The notes beneath the pieces were generated by a model, which had not been told where the DNA came from, made no database searches, and worked only from the letters and a program-made list of their open reading frames with translations. From contig CAVWEH010000001.1 in assembly GCA_963753975.1 (NCBI GenBank), positions 96,001-160,000 of the forward strand: a DNA stretch of 64,000 bases, in the 5' to 3' direction. The DNA is from an uncultured delta proteobacterium (GTDB taxonomy: Bacteria > Desulfobacterota > Syntrophia > Syntrophales > Smithellaceae). The position numbers were made by a program, and so were the translations under genes. This document shows positions 1 through 12,422 of this stretch, in pieces; positions within the stretch are counted from its first letter, which is position 1, and every line of letters starts with the position of its first letter.

Positions 1-435
1 CTTGTTGGTTTTCTTTATTGGCTCTTGGCGGAAAAAATAAAGGAGTTTTTTGTTGGACGTCGTAAAGACATTAAGGAATCACTGGAAAATGCGGCAAAAC
101 AAAAAGCCGAAGCCGAGAAAAAATATCGGGAATATTCGGAAAAAATCGATAAAGCTTCCCTCGAAATAGACGGCATCTTTGAAATGATCAAAGAACAAGG
201 GTTCGCCGAAAAGCAAAAGATAATCGACGACGCGAAGAAAATCGCCGAGAAAATGAAGCTGGATGCTCAAGCACGTATTGAGCAGGAATTGCAGAAAGCT
301 TCTTCCCAACTGCGCATTGAGGCAGTAGAGCTTTCCGTACAAATGGCGGAACAAATTTTAAAAAGAAACATTACCGAGAAAGATCATGAATCCATGGTCA
401 AGGAATACATGGACAAGGTGGTGAGTAAAAATTGA
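1..435 (+). CDS. atpF: ATP synthase F0 subunit b (5' end lies outside the window)
   Basis: Frame 1 is open from base 1 (LVGFLYWLLAEKIKEFF...), followed by a long coiled-coil; lies directly upstream of delta/alpha. Confidence 0.9.
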   Translation, partial: LVGFLYWLLAEKIKEFFVGRRKDIKESLENAAKQKAEAEKKYREYSEKIDKASLEIDGIFEMIKEQGFAEKQKIIDDAKKIAEKMKLDAQARIEQELQKASSQLRIEAVELSVQMAEQILKRNITEKDHESMVKEYMDKVVSKN

Positions 436-974
436 TCAGCAACATCTCCAAACGTTACGCTCGCGCATTTTTTGAAATCGCGGAAAAAGACAAAAATCTG
501 GAGAAATATTATACCGAACTGAGTAAGTTTTCCTCGATTATTGCTCAAAATAAAGCCCTACGAGATTTTTTATTTAACCCGGTTTTTGAGCAGGAAAACA
601 AGAAAAAAGTTTTGGAAAAGATAATTAACAAGTTGCAATTCTCCGGCATGACGGTCAATTTCTTAAAATTGCTCATAGATAAAAAAAGAATAGATTCCTT
701 AGCGGATATTGAAGCCTGTTACCGGCAATTAATGGATGAAGCATTAAAGAAAGTCCGGATTAATTTAAAAACCGCGTTCCCCCTTTCCCGAAAACTACAA
801 GACTATATCAACTCGAATATGGAGAAAATAACCGGCCGAAAAGTGGAAATAACAACGGAAACAGACCCCGGTCTTTTGGGGGGCATAGTTATTGGCGTCG
901 GCGATACACTTTACGATGGCAGCGTCAAGAACCAGTTGAACAATATGAGAAATCTCTTAGGGGAGGCAAGATAA
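432..974 (+). CDS. atpH: ATP synthase F1 subunit delta
   Basis: KRYARAFF N-terminus, DPGLLGG...DGSV C-terminal motif, position in operon. Confidence 0.95.
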   Translation: MISNISKRYARAFFEIAEKDKNLEKYYTELSKFSSIIAQNKALRDFLFNPVFEQENKKKVLEKIINKLQFSGMTVNFLKLLIDKKRIDSLADIEACYRQLMDEALKKVRINLKTAFPLSRKLQDYINSNMEKITGRKVEITTETDPGLLGGIVIGVGDTLYDGSVKNQLNNMRNLLGEAR

Positions 975-977
975 GGC

Positions 978-2492
978 ATGGATACAATTAGGGCGGAAGA
1001 AATTAGTCAAATTATTTCCGAGCAAATTAAAAGCTATGAAAAAAAGCTGGATATAAGCGAAACCGGAACCGTCTTATCCGTAGGTGACGGTATAGCTAGA
1101 GTTTACGGTGTGCAAAACGCGATGGCGATGGAACTTCTGGAATTTCCGGGCGGTATTTTAGGCATGGTTCTCAATTTGGAAGCGGACAATGTCGGCGTCG
1201 CCGTTTTGGGTGAAGTTACACATATTAAGGAAGGCGATATCGTCAAAAGGACGGGCAAAATTGCCCAAGTGCCGGTAGGCGACGGCTTGCTGGGACGAAT
1301 AATCGACGCGACCGGTAAACCGCTCGATGGCAAAGGCGCGATTGAAACAAACGAATATCGCCGTATCGAAATGATCGCGCCGGGCGTTATTCAACGCCAA
1401 CCGGTTAACGAACCTATGTACACAGGCCTGAAGGCTATCGATGCCATGACCCCCATCGGCCGGGGACAGCGCGAATTGGTAATCGGCGACCGCCAAATCG
1501 GTAAAACGGCAATTTGTGTCGATACAATAATCAGACAAAAAGATACGGGTGTTAAATGCATATATGTCGCCATCGGCCAGAAGAAGTCCACCGTGGCACA
1601 AGTTGTGGAAAAATTGAAGCAGCATGATGCCATGTCTTATACCTGCGTTGTTGCCGGTTGCGCGAGTGACCCGGCAACTCTGCAATACATCGCCGCTTAC
1701 GCCGGCTGCAGCATTGGTGAATATTTCCGTGATCGCAGCCAGGATGCTTTGATTATCTACGATGATTTATCCAAACAAGCTGTGGCTTACCGGCAGATTT
1801 CTTTGTTGCTCAGACGTCCTCCGGGACGTGAAGCTTTTCCGGGGGATATTTTTTATAACCATTCGCGCCTCTTGGAACGCGCGGCTCGAGTGAGTAAAGA
1901 ACTGGGCGGCGGCTCTTTGACTGCCCTGCCCGTTATTGAAACTCAAGCCGGCGACGTTTCTGCATATATTCCGACAAACGTTATTTCGATTACGGACGGC
2001 CAGGTTTATCTGGAACCAAGTTTATTTTTCTCCGGTATTCGTCCCGCAATCAATGTTGGTTTGTCGGTTTCGCGCGTCGGCGGCGCCGCACAGGTCAAGG
2101 CAATGAAACAAGTCGCGGGAACTCTCAAACTTGATCTTGCTCAATACCGTGAATTGGCGGCATTTGCCCAGTTCGGCAGTGATCTGGACAAGGCAACGCA
2201 AGCGCAATTGGATCGTGGCGTGCGTCTGGTGGAATTATTAAAACAACCTCAATTTAAGCCCATGTCTCTGGCACAGGAAGTTGTAGTACTCTTTGCCGGA
2301 ACCAGAGGGTTTATTGATAAATATGAAGTGGAAAAAGTGCGCGTCTATGAACAACAGCTTTTGAGTTTTGTAGAAAGCAAGTATGCGGGGATAATGAAGG
2401 AAATTGAAGAAAAGAAAGTTATTTCTCCGGAATTAGAAAAGAAAATGAAGGAAATTTTGACGGATTTTGATTCCGCCTTTGTTTCCGAATAA
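978..2492 (+). CDS. atpA: ATP synthase F1 subunit alpha
   Basis: GDRQIGKT Walker [26 protein letters not shown]. Confidence 0.99.
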   Translation: MDTIRAEEISQIISEQIKSYEKKLDISETGTVLSVGDGIARVYGVQNAMAMELLEFPGGILGMVLNLEADNVGVAVLGEVTHIKEGDIVKRTGKIAQVPVGDGLLGRIIDATGKPLDGKGAIETNEYRRIEMIAPGVIQRQPVNEPMYTGLKAIDAMTPIGRGQRELVIGDRQIGKTAICVDTIIRQKDTGVKCIYVAIGQKKSTVAQVVEKLKQHDAMSYTCVVAGCASDPATLQYIAAYAGCSIGEYFRDRSQDALIIYDDLSKQAVAYRQISLLLRRPPGREAFPGDIFYNHSRLLERAARVSKELGGGSLTALPVIETQAGDVSAYIPTNVISITDGQVYLEPSLFFSGIRPAINVGLSVSRVGGAAQVKAMKQVAGTLKLDLAQYRELAAFAQFGSDLDKATQAQLDRGVRLVELLKQPQFKPMSLAQEVVVLFAGTRGFIDKYEVEKVRVYEQQLLSFVESKYAGIMKEIEEKKVISPELEKKMKEILTDFDSAFVSE

Positions 2493-2590
2493 ATTTATTC
2501 GATAACCGACGGATTAGTAATAAGTTCTTAATTCGCATAAGCTGAATTTTTTACAATACCGTCCAATAATTATTTGAGGAAAATTCGTCA

Positions 2591-3466
2591 GTGGCTTCAC
2601 TCAAAGATATTAAAAGAAAAGTAGGCGCCGTTCATAAAACGAAGCAAATTACGCGGGCAATGAACATGGTTGCCGCATCGAAGTTTAAGGCGTCGCAATT
2701 GCGGATGGAAAATTTCCGTCCTTACGCCAGTAAATTCATGGATGTGCTCAATTCTCTGGCCCTGCGTGTCGAAAGCATGTCCCATCCGCTTTTGGCTGTG
2801 CGGGATCCTAGAAGGATCAGAGTAATTTGCATGACTTCCGATCGCGGTCTTTGCGGCGGATTTAATACAAACTTAATCAAAGCGACGGAAAGATTTTTAA
2901 GAGATAAAGCCAAAGAAGATAAGGAAATCGGCTTGATCAGTGTTGGGCGCAAAGGACGAGATTTTTTCCGGAAAAAGGCGAACATTATCGGGCAATGGGT
3001 TGATGCCTTAAGCAAGTTCGATATGACCTTGGCAGTTTCCATTTCTAATGATGTAATCGTACCTTTTATTAAAGAAGAGTATGACGAGCTTTATTTAGTT
3101 TACAATCAATTTGTCAATGTTTCCGTGCAGCGGCCGACAGTAATCAGGTTGTTCCCCCTGCCTTCCATTGGACAAGATGTTGACATTGACCCCGAAAAAC
3201 GCCTGGATTATCTCTATGAACCATCGGAAGAAGCCCTATTACAAAAGCTGTTGCCAATGTATGTTCACGTTCTTGTTTATCGTGCTCTTTTGGAAACATC
3301 AGCGGGTGAAAACGGTGCGAGAATGGCGGCAATGGACAATGCCACCAATAATTGCGAAGAGTTAATCAGGTCATTGACTCTAAAGATGAACAAAGCAAGG
3401 CAAGCGGCGATTACTGCGGAATTGATGGATATTGTCGGTGGCACGGAAGCTCTGGCCAAAGGATAA
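2591..3466 (+). CDS. atpG: ATP synthase F1 subunit gamma
   Basis: TSDRGLCGGFN, ARMAAMDNAT, RQAAITAEL. Confidence 0.98.
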   Translation: MASLKDIKRKVGAVHKTKQITRAMNMVAASKFKASQLRMENFRPYASKFMDVLNSLALRVESMSHPLLAVRDPRRIRVICMTSDRGLCGGFNTNLIKATERFLRDKAKEDKEIGLISVGRKGRDFFRKKANIIGQWVDALSKFDMTLAVSISNDVIVPFIKEEYDELYLVYNQFVNVSVQRPTVIRLFPLPSIGQDVDIDPEKRLDYLYEPSEEALLQKLLPMYVHVLVYRALLETSAGENGARMAAMDNATNNCEELIRSLTLKMNKARQAAITAELMDIVGGTEALAKG

Positions 3467-4936
<1,470 letters not shown>

Positions 4937-4956
4937 TTTCAGGTTGGAGGAAGTAA

Positions 4957-5364
4957 ATGGCCGATGAATTAATGCTGGAAATTGTAACGCCCGAAAAGAT
5001 GGCCTTTTCCGGCAATGTGGAAGACGTTACTATTCCGGGTACGGAAGGGGAATTCGGTGTTCTGCGCGGTCATGAAGCTTTTTTGAGTTCCGTCGATATT
5101 GGACAATTAGTTTTTACAAAAAACAACAAAAAAACCCATTATGCTGTTAATACCGGTTATGCCGAAGTCACCGCCAATAAAGTGACCGTTTTAATCGAAA
5201 CAGCCGAAAGATCCGATCATATCGACAAAAATAGAGCCCTAAGAGCAAAGGAAAATGCGGAAGCCCGTTTGGAGAAGATAGCCAAAGATAGTGACGAATT
5301 TGAAAAAGCGCGCGCCGCATTGATGCGGGCAATCGTGCGATTGAACGTTGCTGAAAAACAATAA
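4957..5364 (+). CDS. atpC: ATP synthase F1 subunit epsilon
   Basis: [16 protein letters not shown], last gene of operon. Confidence 0.97.
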   Translation: MADELMLEIVTPEKMAFSGNVEDVTIPGTEGEFGVLRGHEAFLSSVDIGQLVFTKNNKKTHYAVNTGYAEVTANKVTVLIETAERSDHIDKNRALRAKENAEARLEKIAKDSDEFEKARAALMRAIVRLNVAEKQ

Positions 5365-5475
5365 AATTTTTTTAAAAAATTGATTTCCTGCGGCGCAGAC
5401 GACAGGGTTTTTCTGAGGCAATGTTTCCTCTGGATAAGAAAACCAGGGCCGACAAAATTAAACTAATAATTTATC

Positions 5476-5511
5476 AAGGCAGCGCGCTTACCAATGCGCT
5501 GCCTTTTATTT
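5476..5511. terminator. Intrinsic terminator between convergent atpC and greA (possibly bidirectional)
   Basis: AAGGCAGCGC/GCGCTGCCTT perfect 10-bp stem followed by a T-rich tract. Confidence 0.8.
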
Positions 5512-5533
5512 TCTCCTGAACTTCATTTATTTC

Positions 5534-6013
5534 TTATTTTTCTTTAGTCGAAATGTCGATGATTTCAAAGTTGCGCGTGCCGCCCGGTGTTTTCACGCTG
5601 ATTTCATCGCCGATATTTTTCCCGATGAGGGCTTTGCCGATTGGCGATGTCACAGAAATTTTATTTTGATTGATGTCCGATTCCAGTGGCCCCACCAACT
5701 GATATTTAATTTTTTCTCCACTGTCGATATCCTCTATAGTGACATAACAACCAAAAACAACCTTGTTGGTTTTCAAACCTTTTAACTCAATAATATTGGA
5801 CAGGGCAAGATTATTTTCCAATTCCTGTAATCTTCCATGAAGATAAGATTGCCGCTCCTTGGCGGCGGCATATTCGGCGTTTTCGGAAAGATCGCCGTGC
5901 GCGCGGGCAACTTCAATATCACGAATATTTTCAGGAATGGATTTGCTTTTCAACGTTTCCAAATCCTTTTTTAATTTTGTAAAGCCTGCTTTGGTAATTG
6001 GTATTTTTTGCAT
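5534..6013 (-). CDS. greA: Transcription elongation factor GreA
   Basis: ARAHGDLSENAEY, SPIGKALIG; start reassigned to ATG at 6013 behind a GGAG RBS. Confidence 0.96.
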   Translation of the reverse strand: MQKIPITKAGFTKLKKDLETLKSKSIPENIRDIEVARAHGDLSENAEYAAAKERQSYLHGRLQELENNLALSNIIELKGLKTNKVVFGCYVTIEDIDSGEKIKYQLVGPLESDINQNKISVTSPIGKALIGKNIGDEISVKTPGGTRNFEIIDISTKEK

Positions 6014-6271
6014 AATAACTCCAAAGTGTTTTACCGCATCCTGACTTGATTTTTGTTTAATAGAGAATACGCTCTCTGTCAAGAAACATTTGACTCAACC
6101 CGCAAGCCTTAATTGTCTTCTCCTGTAAGACTTCTCGAGTATCTCTCGCCTGGTATTCTGCCTGTATGGCCTATAACTCCTATAGCATCTCGCGTGGTCA
6201 GGCGGAAGTTGTGTTGTCGGGGTAATTATGTTATTTGTTTAGAAACTAAAAAAAGTTCTGCTATAAAAACC

Positions 6272-7264
6272 ATGCGTGATAAATTTGAACGAGAAATAAA
6301 TTACCTGCGCGTTTCCATTACCGATAGATGCAATTTGCATTGCAGTTATTGTAGGCCCAGGGAAGGAATTTCCCTGCAAGGCCATGATGATATTCTCCGG
6401 TACGAAGAGATAATCCGCATCATTTCCATGGCCGTAAAGATGGGATTAATCAAGGTACGGCTGACAGGTGGCGAGCCGCTCGTCCGCCGCGGTTTTATCG
6501 AATTTATTACTGCGCTGAAAGGAATCAACGGGTTACAGGACATAAGCCTCACCACCAACGGTATTCTTTTGGAAGAATTTGCCCAGGATATTTTCAGCGC
6601 CGGCATCCACCGCATAAACGTCAGCCTCGATTCCCTTCATAAAGATAAGTACTTCCGCATCACTAATGGTGGAAATCTAGAGGCCGTTTTGCGCGGGATT
6701 CACAAAGCCGAAGAAATTGGTTTTGCGCCGATAAAAATTAACACTGTCGCCATCAAAGGATTCAATGATGATGAAGTGCTGGAATTTGCTAAATTGGCGC
6801 TAAATAAGCCTTTTCAGGTACGCTTCATTGAATTGATGCCGGTGGGACAGGCAAGATCTGAACACAACGGCGGTTATCTGCCCGCAACTCAATTAATGCA
6901 GGAAGTCAATAGCCGTTATAAGTTAGAAAAAATAACGGGCAAGAAAGAAAAATCGGATGGTCCCGCAGCAATTTTCAGAATTAAAGGAGGCCGCGGCGAA
7001 ATAGGTTTTATCAATCCGATCAGCAGCCCTTTCTGCGCAACCTGCAACCGTTTGCGTTTGACCGCCGATGGAAGATTGCGTTCTTGCTTACTCAACGAAA
7101 ACGAAATTGACTTAAAAAAGGTTTTGCGGGAGAATTGCACTGATGCAGAACTGGAAGGATATATCCGGGAAGCGGTATTATTAAAGCCCAAGCAACATGC
7201 TTTGGCCTGTACGGGAAAGCATTTGAAAGAATGCCACCGGAATATGTCGGCGATTGGCGGTTGA
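6272..7264 (+). CDS. moaA: GTP 3',8-cyclase MoaA
   Basis: YLRVSITDRCNLHCSYC, FCATCNRLRLTADG, C-terminal MSAIGG; start reassigned to ATG at 6272 (MRDKFER). Confidence 0.96.
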   Translation: MRDKFEREINYLRVSITDRCNLHCSYCRPREGISLQGHDDILRYEEIIRIISMAVKMGLIKVRLTGGEPLVRRGFIEFITALKGINGLQDISLTTNGILLEEFAQDIFSAGIHRINVSLDSLHKDKYFRITNGGNLEAVLRGIHKAEEIGFAPIKINTVAIKGFNDDEVLEFAKLALNKPFQVRFIELMPVGQARSEHNGGYLPATQLMQEVNSRYKLEKITGKKEKSDGPAAIFRIKGGRGEIGFINPISSPFCATCNRLRLTADGRLRSCLLNENEIDLKKVLRENCTDAELEGYIREAVLLKPKQHALACTGKHLKECHRNMSAIGG

Positions 7265-7375
7265 AAAAAGATAATAGAAGTAATACATTTTCTTTAAAAA
7301 AATAGTATAATTTATTATGAATGAAAGCCGCTTTTCGGATTTGCTGTAGAAGCTTAATATCAGGGAGCATATCCA

Positions 7376-8158
7376 ATGTTTTTTCGCCAAAAAAAGGCCC
7401 AATTAACGGAACAACAACTGGAAACATCGTTGGGGCATTATGTTTTTTTACGGCAAAAGGAACTGATCCTGGATTTAGTGGCTCCACGCGCCGGTGAAAG
7501 GGTGCTGGACGTGGGCTGCGGCACGGGTAATCATTTGCAGCTTTTCCGCGAAAAATGGTGTTCCGTAACAGGAATTGATCCCTGCGCGGAAACATTAAAC
7601 ATTGCCCGATCTAAATTAGGAGAAAGCGCTGAATTGCTTGTTGGTCAAGCCGAAGACCTTCCCTTTTCCGACGACGACTTTGATATTGTAATCTTGATAA
7701 ACGTTCTCGAGATTGCCAATAATCCGCAGAAAGTAATCACGGAAGCTATCAGAGTTTGCCGCGACCGTGTTTTTATCGGCTTTTTAAATAACTTTTCCTT
7801 TGCGGGAACAAAACAACGGATAAAAGAGCTATCCGGCTTCCCCCTCACTCAAAAAATACGTTTTTTTAGTTTGAATGAAATTAAAATTATGGTCGGAAGT
7901 TTAATTGGTGACGTGGCAATTAAATGGGGCTCTGTAATTTATTTTCCGGGTATTTTTTACGGCTTTTCCGAGGAGTTGGAAGAGTTATTTCCTTTGGAAA
8001 GAAATCCGCTGGGAGCATTTGCCGGTCTTGCCTTTCCCGTTAAATACACTTACAGAACGGTTCAAAGCCCCGTTATGGAATCGTTCAAACTAAATGCGGA
8101 AGCGCACACCACCGTTCCCGATGCTGTCAGGAATATGTTGCAAGAGACCCATAAATGA
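7376..8158 (+). CDS. Class I SAM-dependent methyltransferase
   Basis: VLDVGCGTG motif I, GIDP, AEDLPF..DDFD. Confidence 0.85.
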   Translation: MFFRQKKAQLTEQQLETSLGHYVFLRQKELILDLVAPRAGERVLDVGCGTGNHLQLFREKWCSVTGIDPCAETLNIARSKLGESAELLVGQAEDLPFSDDDFDIVILINVLEIANNPQKVITEAIRVCRDRVFIGFLNNFSFAGTKQRIKELSGFPLTQKIRFFSLNEIKIMVGSLIGDVAIKWGSVIYFPGIFYGFSEELEELFPLERNPLGAFAGLAFPVKYTYRTVQSPVMESFKLNAEAHTTVPDAVRNMLQETHK

Positions 8159-9165
8159 TTCGAGAAGCTCAACTTTACGAAAAACTTGATAATAAGCGCG
8201 TACATTGTAATTTATGCGCACATGGATGCACAATTAAACCGGATAGAAGGGGCATCTGTGGAGTAAGGGAAAATAAGGATGGCATTCTTTATACACTCGT
8301 TTACGGGACGCTGATCGCCGAAAACATTGACCCTATCGAAAAAAAACCCTTTTTCCACGTTTATCCGGGCTCTCTTTCCTATTCTATTGCCACCGTCGGA
8401 TGTAATTTCAGTTGTGAATTTTGCCAGAACTATGAAATCTCGCAAATGCCGCGGTCCACACTCATGATCACCGGCAACGATGCTACACCGGAAGAAATCG
8501 TCTCCCGGGCGAAAAAAAGCGGCTCGAAAACAATTGCCTATACTTACACCGAACCGACAGTTTACTTTGAATTGGCATATGATACCGCTAAAGTTGCCCA
8601 GGAAAATGGTTTAAAAAATGTGTTTGTCACTAACGGGTTTATGACCGCCGCCGCCATTGATATGATTGCTCCTTTTTTAGCGGCCGCCAATGTGGATTTG
8701 AAATCTTTCCGCGATGATTTTTACAAAAAACAATGCGGGGCTCGCCTGAAGCCCGTTTTAGACAGCCTGGAAAAGATGAAGGAAAAAGGAATCTGGGTGG
8801 AAATAACTACCTTACTGATTCCCGCTCTGAACGATAGTGACGAAGAACTGAGAGATATCGCGCAATTCATTGCCGGATTGGGGAAAGAAACCCCCTGGCA
8901 TATCAGCCGTTTTCATCCGCAGTACAAAATGAACAATGTGCAGGTAACCCCTGTGGCCTCACTGCATCGGGCCGTAGAAATTGGGAAACAGTCCGGATTG
9001 AAATACGTTTACAGCGGCAATGTACCCGGAGATAAAGGAGAAAGCACGTATTGTTTCAATTGTCAGAAACTTTTGATTGAACGTTATGGTTTTAAAATCA
9101 TAAGCGTCGATCTCACCGGAAATAAATGTTCCAACTGCGGAACTGAATTGGAAGGTGTTTTCTAA
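8155..9165 (+). CDS. amrS: AmmeMemoRadiSam system radical SAM enzyme
   Basis: N-terminal CNLCAHGC...GICGVR, IDPIEKKPF, GCNFSCEFCQNYEIS, C-terminal CxxC pairs. Confidence 0.88.
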   Translation: MIREAQLYEKLDNKRVHCNLCAHGCTIKPDRRGICGVRENKDGILYTLVYGTLIAENIDPIEKKPFFHVYPGSLSYSIATVGCNFSCEFCQNYEISQMPRSTLMITGNDATPEEIVSRAKKSGSKTIAYTYTEPTVYFELAYDTAKVAQENGLKNVFVTNGFMTAAAIDMIAPFLAAANVDLKSFRDDFYKKQCGARLKPVLDSLEKMKEKGIWVEITTLLIPALNDSDEELRDIAQFIAGLGKETPWHISRFHPQYKMNNVQVTPVASLHRAVEIGKQSGLKYVYSGNVPGDKGESTYCFNCQKLLIERYGFKIISVDLTGNKCSNCGTELEGVF

Positions 9166-9212
9166 GAACAAATCACCTTATCAAATACTGCCACTGTATC
9201 AGTACGTTCCAT

Positions 9213-9241
9213 TTGACATCTCAATGGGCATGCGGTATTTT
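9213..9241 (+). promoter_or_regulatory. sigma70-type promoter for the hybrid kinase
   Basis: TTGACA-17 nt-TATTTT. Confidence 0.5.
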
Positions 9242-9319
9242 CCCTATGAGCCTTTTCACACAAAAGACAATCATTTTTGTTTTCAACCAGCACTGTTTGT
9301 CGCGACAGAGGAGTATTAG

Positions 9320-12109
9320 GTGAAAGATTCATCCAAAACAAAGCAGAAACTTATTGAAGATATATCCGCCTTAAAACAGAGGATGCAGGAACTGGAATAC
9401 TCAGAGTCAGATCGTAAGCAGGCGGAAAAGGCGCTACGTCAGAGTGAGGAGAAATATCGAAGCATTATTGAGAATATTCAGGAGGGCTATTTTGAACTTG
9501 ACCTCGCCGGTAATTATACATTTGCAAATGATGCGGAATGCAGAAATATGGGATATCCCCGCGAGGAATTGATCGGAATGAACAACCGGCAGTATCAAGA
9601 TGAAAGAACCGTTCAAGAAATGAATCAACGCTTCAGAAGGCTCTATAGAACAGGTGAACCAATTAAGGCATTATATGTTGAAATTATCAGAAAAAACGGG
9701 ACGAAAGGTTTTAATGAAGTTTCAGTATCTCTTATTAGAGATGCAGAAGGTAAACCGGTTGGATTTCGGGGCATTTCTCGAGATATCACCGAGCGCGAGC
9801 AAGCGGAGGAGGCGCTACGGGAGAGCGAGAGTAAATATCGATTTATGACTGATAACGTCGCTGATATCATCTGGACCGTAGATATGAACCTTAACTTTAC
9901 CTATATCAGCCCTTCCGTCCAAAGGTTTCGTGGTCTCACCGTAGAGGAAGCAATGTCACAAAAGATACATGAGGCGTTGACACCAGCGTCTTTGCAATAT
10001 GCTTTCAAAGTTATGGAAGAAGAAAATAAAGCATTAATGGACAACCCTGACCGTATAAGGGACAAGCTGACCATTGAATTGGAAGAATATTGCAAGGACG
10101 GGTCAACTATCTGGACAGAAAATGAATTGAAATATCTCCCCGGAGAAGATGGAAAACCAATCGGTATTATCGGTGTAACCCGCGATATCACCGAGCGCAA
10201 GCGGGCGGAGAGGGCGCTACGGGAGAGTGAAGAAAAGTATCGTCTGGTCATAGAAAATGCAAAGGAAGGTATTGTCATCGCACAAGATATGAAGTTGGTA
10301 TTTGCCAATCGTGCTGCTGTGGACATGATAGAATATTCCGAAGAGATGTCAGAACCCAAACCCTTTACAGATTTTATCCATCCCGATGATCGTAATATGG
10401 TCGTCGATCATCATATAAGAAGGCTGAAAGGTGAGGAAGTTCCCCCTGCTTATTCTTTCAGGATTCTTCGGGAAGATGGAACTGTAAAGTGGGTTGAATT
10501 TAATACGGCTGTTATTCAATGGAAGGAAAGACCCGCTACCCTGAGTTTTCTGAATGACATCACTGCCCGCAAGCAGGCCGAGGAAGCGCTGCGGAAGAGC
10601 GAAGAATTCTTTAAAGAGATTACAGAAAACTCTTCAGACGTCATTATCATTGCGGATAAGAACGGAGACATAAAATATTGCAGTCGTTCTATCGAGCGTT
10701 TTTCCGGATACAAGCCGGAGGAACTAATCGGTAAAAGTGGGTTCACGTTTATTCATCCGGATGACCTTGAACGTGCCGTCGATGATTTCGGCAAGGCTAT
10801 TCTGACAACAGATTCCGCGATCCCCAATGAATTCCGCCTGGTGCGTAAAGATGGTTCGACCCGTTATTTTGATGGAATGGGGAAAAATCTATTAGATAAT
10901 CCAGCTGTTGCAGGTTTTATCATGAATATCCGTGATATCACTGACCGCAGGCGGGCAGAGGAGGAAAAGCGAAGGCTGGAGGAGCGCCTGCAACGTGCTC
11001 ATAAAATGGAAGCCATCGGTACATTGGCTGGCGGCATTGCCCACGACTTCAACAATCTGCTCATGGGGATTCAGGGATATACTTCCCTGACATTATTAAC
11101 TCTTGATCCAGATGATCCGAATCGCGAAAGACTCAAACGAATCCAGGAGCAGGTACAAAGTGGGGCGGAATTAACCAGGCAACTGTTGGGTTTTGCCCGC
11201 GGGGGAAGATATGAGGTCAAGCCCGCCGATATTAACGATGTCATCCAAAAGACCTCCTCCATGTTCGGGAGAACCAAAAAGGAAATCACCATTCATACGA
11301 AATACGAAACGAATCTATGCCCGGTGGAAGTTGACCTGGGGCAAATGGAGCAGGTGTTCATGAATTTGTATGTGAATGCCTGGCAGGCAATGCCTGGAGG
11401 CGGGAATATCTATCTGGAGACGGAGAATGTTTTTTTGAATAATGAAAAAGCGCTTCTTTACTCCGTGAAGCCGGGGAAATATGTAAAAATAACAGTTACT
11501 GATACAGGCACAGGAATGGACGAGAAGACAAGGGAGCGTATTTTCGATCCCTTTTTCACGACGAAAGCAATGGGAAGAGGTACCGGCTTGGGGCTGGCAA
11601 CGGTCTATGGAATCATCAATGGTCATAAGGGGATGATCAATGTATACAGCGAGATAGGCCATGGAACAACATTCACCATCTATTTGCCGGCTTCGGAGAA
11701 GGAAGTGGTAAAGGAAGAGACGACAGCCGGAACAATAGACAGGGGCACGGAGACGATCCTGCTGGTGGATGATGAAGAAATAGTTCTGGAAGTGAGCAGG
11801 GAACTGCTGGAGTCCCTGGGATATCTGGTCTATGCTGTCGGAAGCGGTCAGGAAGCAATAGCCCTCTTCATGGGAAAAAGAAACGAAATTGACTTGGTCA
11901 TTCTGGACATGATCATGCCGGGAATATCGGGCGGAGAGACTTTCGATCGTCTCCGGGAGATCAATCCCGAGATCAAGGTTCTCCTTTCCAGCGGCTACAG
12001 CCTTAACGGAGAAGCGCAAACAATCCTGGATCGCGGCTGCAAAGGATTTATTCAGAAACCATTTCAAATTGAAAAACTCTCCCAGAAGGTCAGAGAGATG
12101 TTAGATTGA
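9320..12109 (+). CDS. Cytoplasmic hybrid sensor histidine kinase (4 PAS, HisKA, HATPase, REC)
   Basis: Four DIT..K/R PAC ends, [30 protein letters not shown]...LDMIMP...KPF. Confidence 0.95.
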   Translation: MKDSSKTKQKLIEDISALKQRMQELEYSESDRKQAEKALRQSEEKYRSIIENIQEGYFELDLAGNYTFANDAECRNMGYPREELIGMNNRQYQDERTVQEMNQRFRRLYRTGEPIKALYVEIIRKNGTKGFNEVSVSLIRDAEGKPVGFRGISRDITEREQAEEALRESESKYRFMTDNVADIIWTVDMNLNFTYISPSVQRFRGLTVEEAMSQKIHEALTPASLQYAFKVMEEENKALMDNPDRIRDKLTIELEEYCKDGSTIWTENELKYLPGEDGKPIGIIGVTRDITERKRAERALRESEEKYRLVIENAKEGIVIAQDMKLVFANRAAVDMIEYSEEMSEPKPFTDFIHPDDRNMVVDHHIRRLKGEEVPPAYSFRILREDGTVKWVEFNTAVIQWKERPATLSFLNDITARKQAEEALRKSEEFFKEITENSSDVIIIADKNGDIKYCSRSIERFSGYKPEELIGKSGFTFIHPDDLERAVDDFGKAILTTDSAIPNEFRLVRKDGSTRYFDGMGKNLLDNPAVAGFIMNIRDITDRRRAEEEKRRLEERLQRAHKMEAIGTLAGGIAHDFNNLLMGIQGYTSLTLLTLDPDDPNRERLKRIQEQVQSGAELTRQLLGFARGGRYEVKPADINDVIQKTSSMFGRTKKEITIHTKYETNLCPVEVDLGQMEQVFMNLYVNAWQAMPGGGNIYLETENVFLNNEKALLYSVKPGKYVKITVTDTGTGMDEKTRERIFDPFFTTKAMGRGTGLGLATVYGIINGHKGMINVYSEIGHGTTFTIYLPASEKEVVKEETTAGTIDRGTETILLVDDEEIVLEVSRELLESLGYLVYAVGSGQEAIALFMGKRNEIDLVILDMIMPGISGGETFDRLREINPEIKVLLSSGYSLNGEAQTILDRGCKGFIQKPFQIEKLSQKVREMLD

Positions 12110-12422
12110 AACAACGCTTTCCGTTGGTAATCTTCAATCTTGCGGACTCAAACAGGTTGGGGCTTTGCCGGTGTTGTGGACTAATGTTTCTTTTAAAAAT
12201 ACCGGTCTACGTAGGTTTTCCTATAATCTACAAATTACCGGCTATTTGCTTTTTGACTTTTTCTGATATTTATAGTCTAATATCCTATAATTAAAAGGAT
12301 GATTTCATCATTGATTACATTTTATTTTTTAGGATATTAGAAGTCATCTTGCTGAACAGAACTAAAGTACGCTAAATCGGTAAAGAAGCTATAAAAGAGT
12401 TTCGCAGTTTGTTGGTGCATAA

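Noticed and set aside
5385..5452. Imperfect hairpin after atpC as a possible ncRNA
   Set aside because: No recognisable family features; it is adequately explained as 3' UTR structure ahead of the terminator.
6090..6270. Possible Moco riboswitch upstream of moaA
   Set aside because: Only short stems (CGCCTG/CAGGCG) are present and I could not find the conserved Moco motif elements. The ORF-track N-terminal extension of moaA here is also unsupported.
9770..10990. Repeated GATATCACCGAGCGC...GCGCTACGGGAGAG segments
   Set aside because: These are the coding PAC-linker repeats of successive PAS domains, not CRISPR or DGR repeats.
11315..12067. Long antisense ORFs (also 33838-34464, 41067-41738, 57092-57640)
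   Set aside because: They are shadows of well-supported genes on the opposite strand, with no motifs or RBS.
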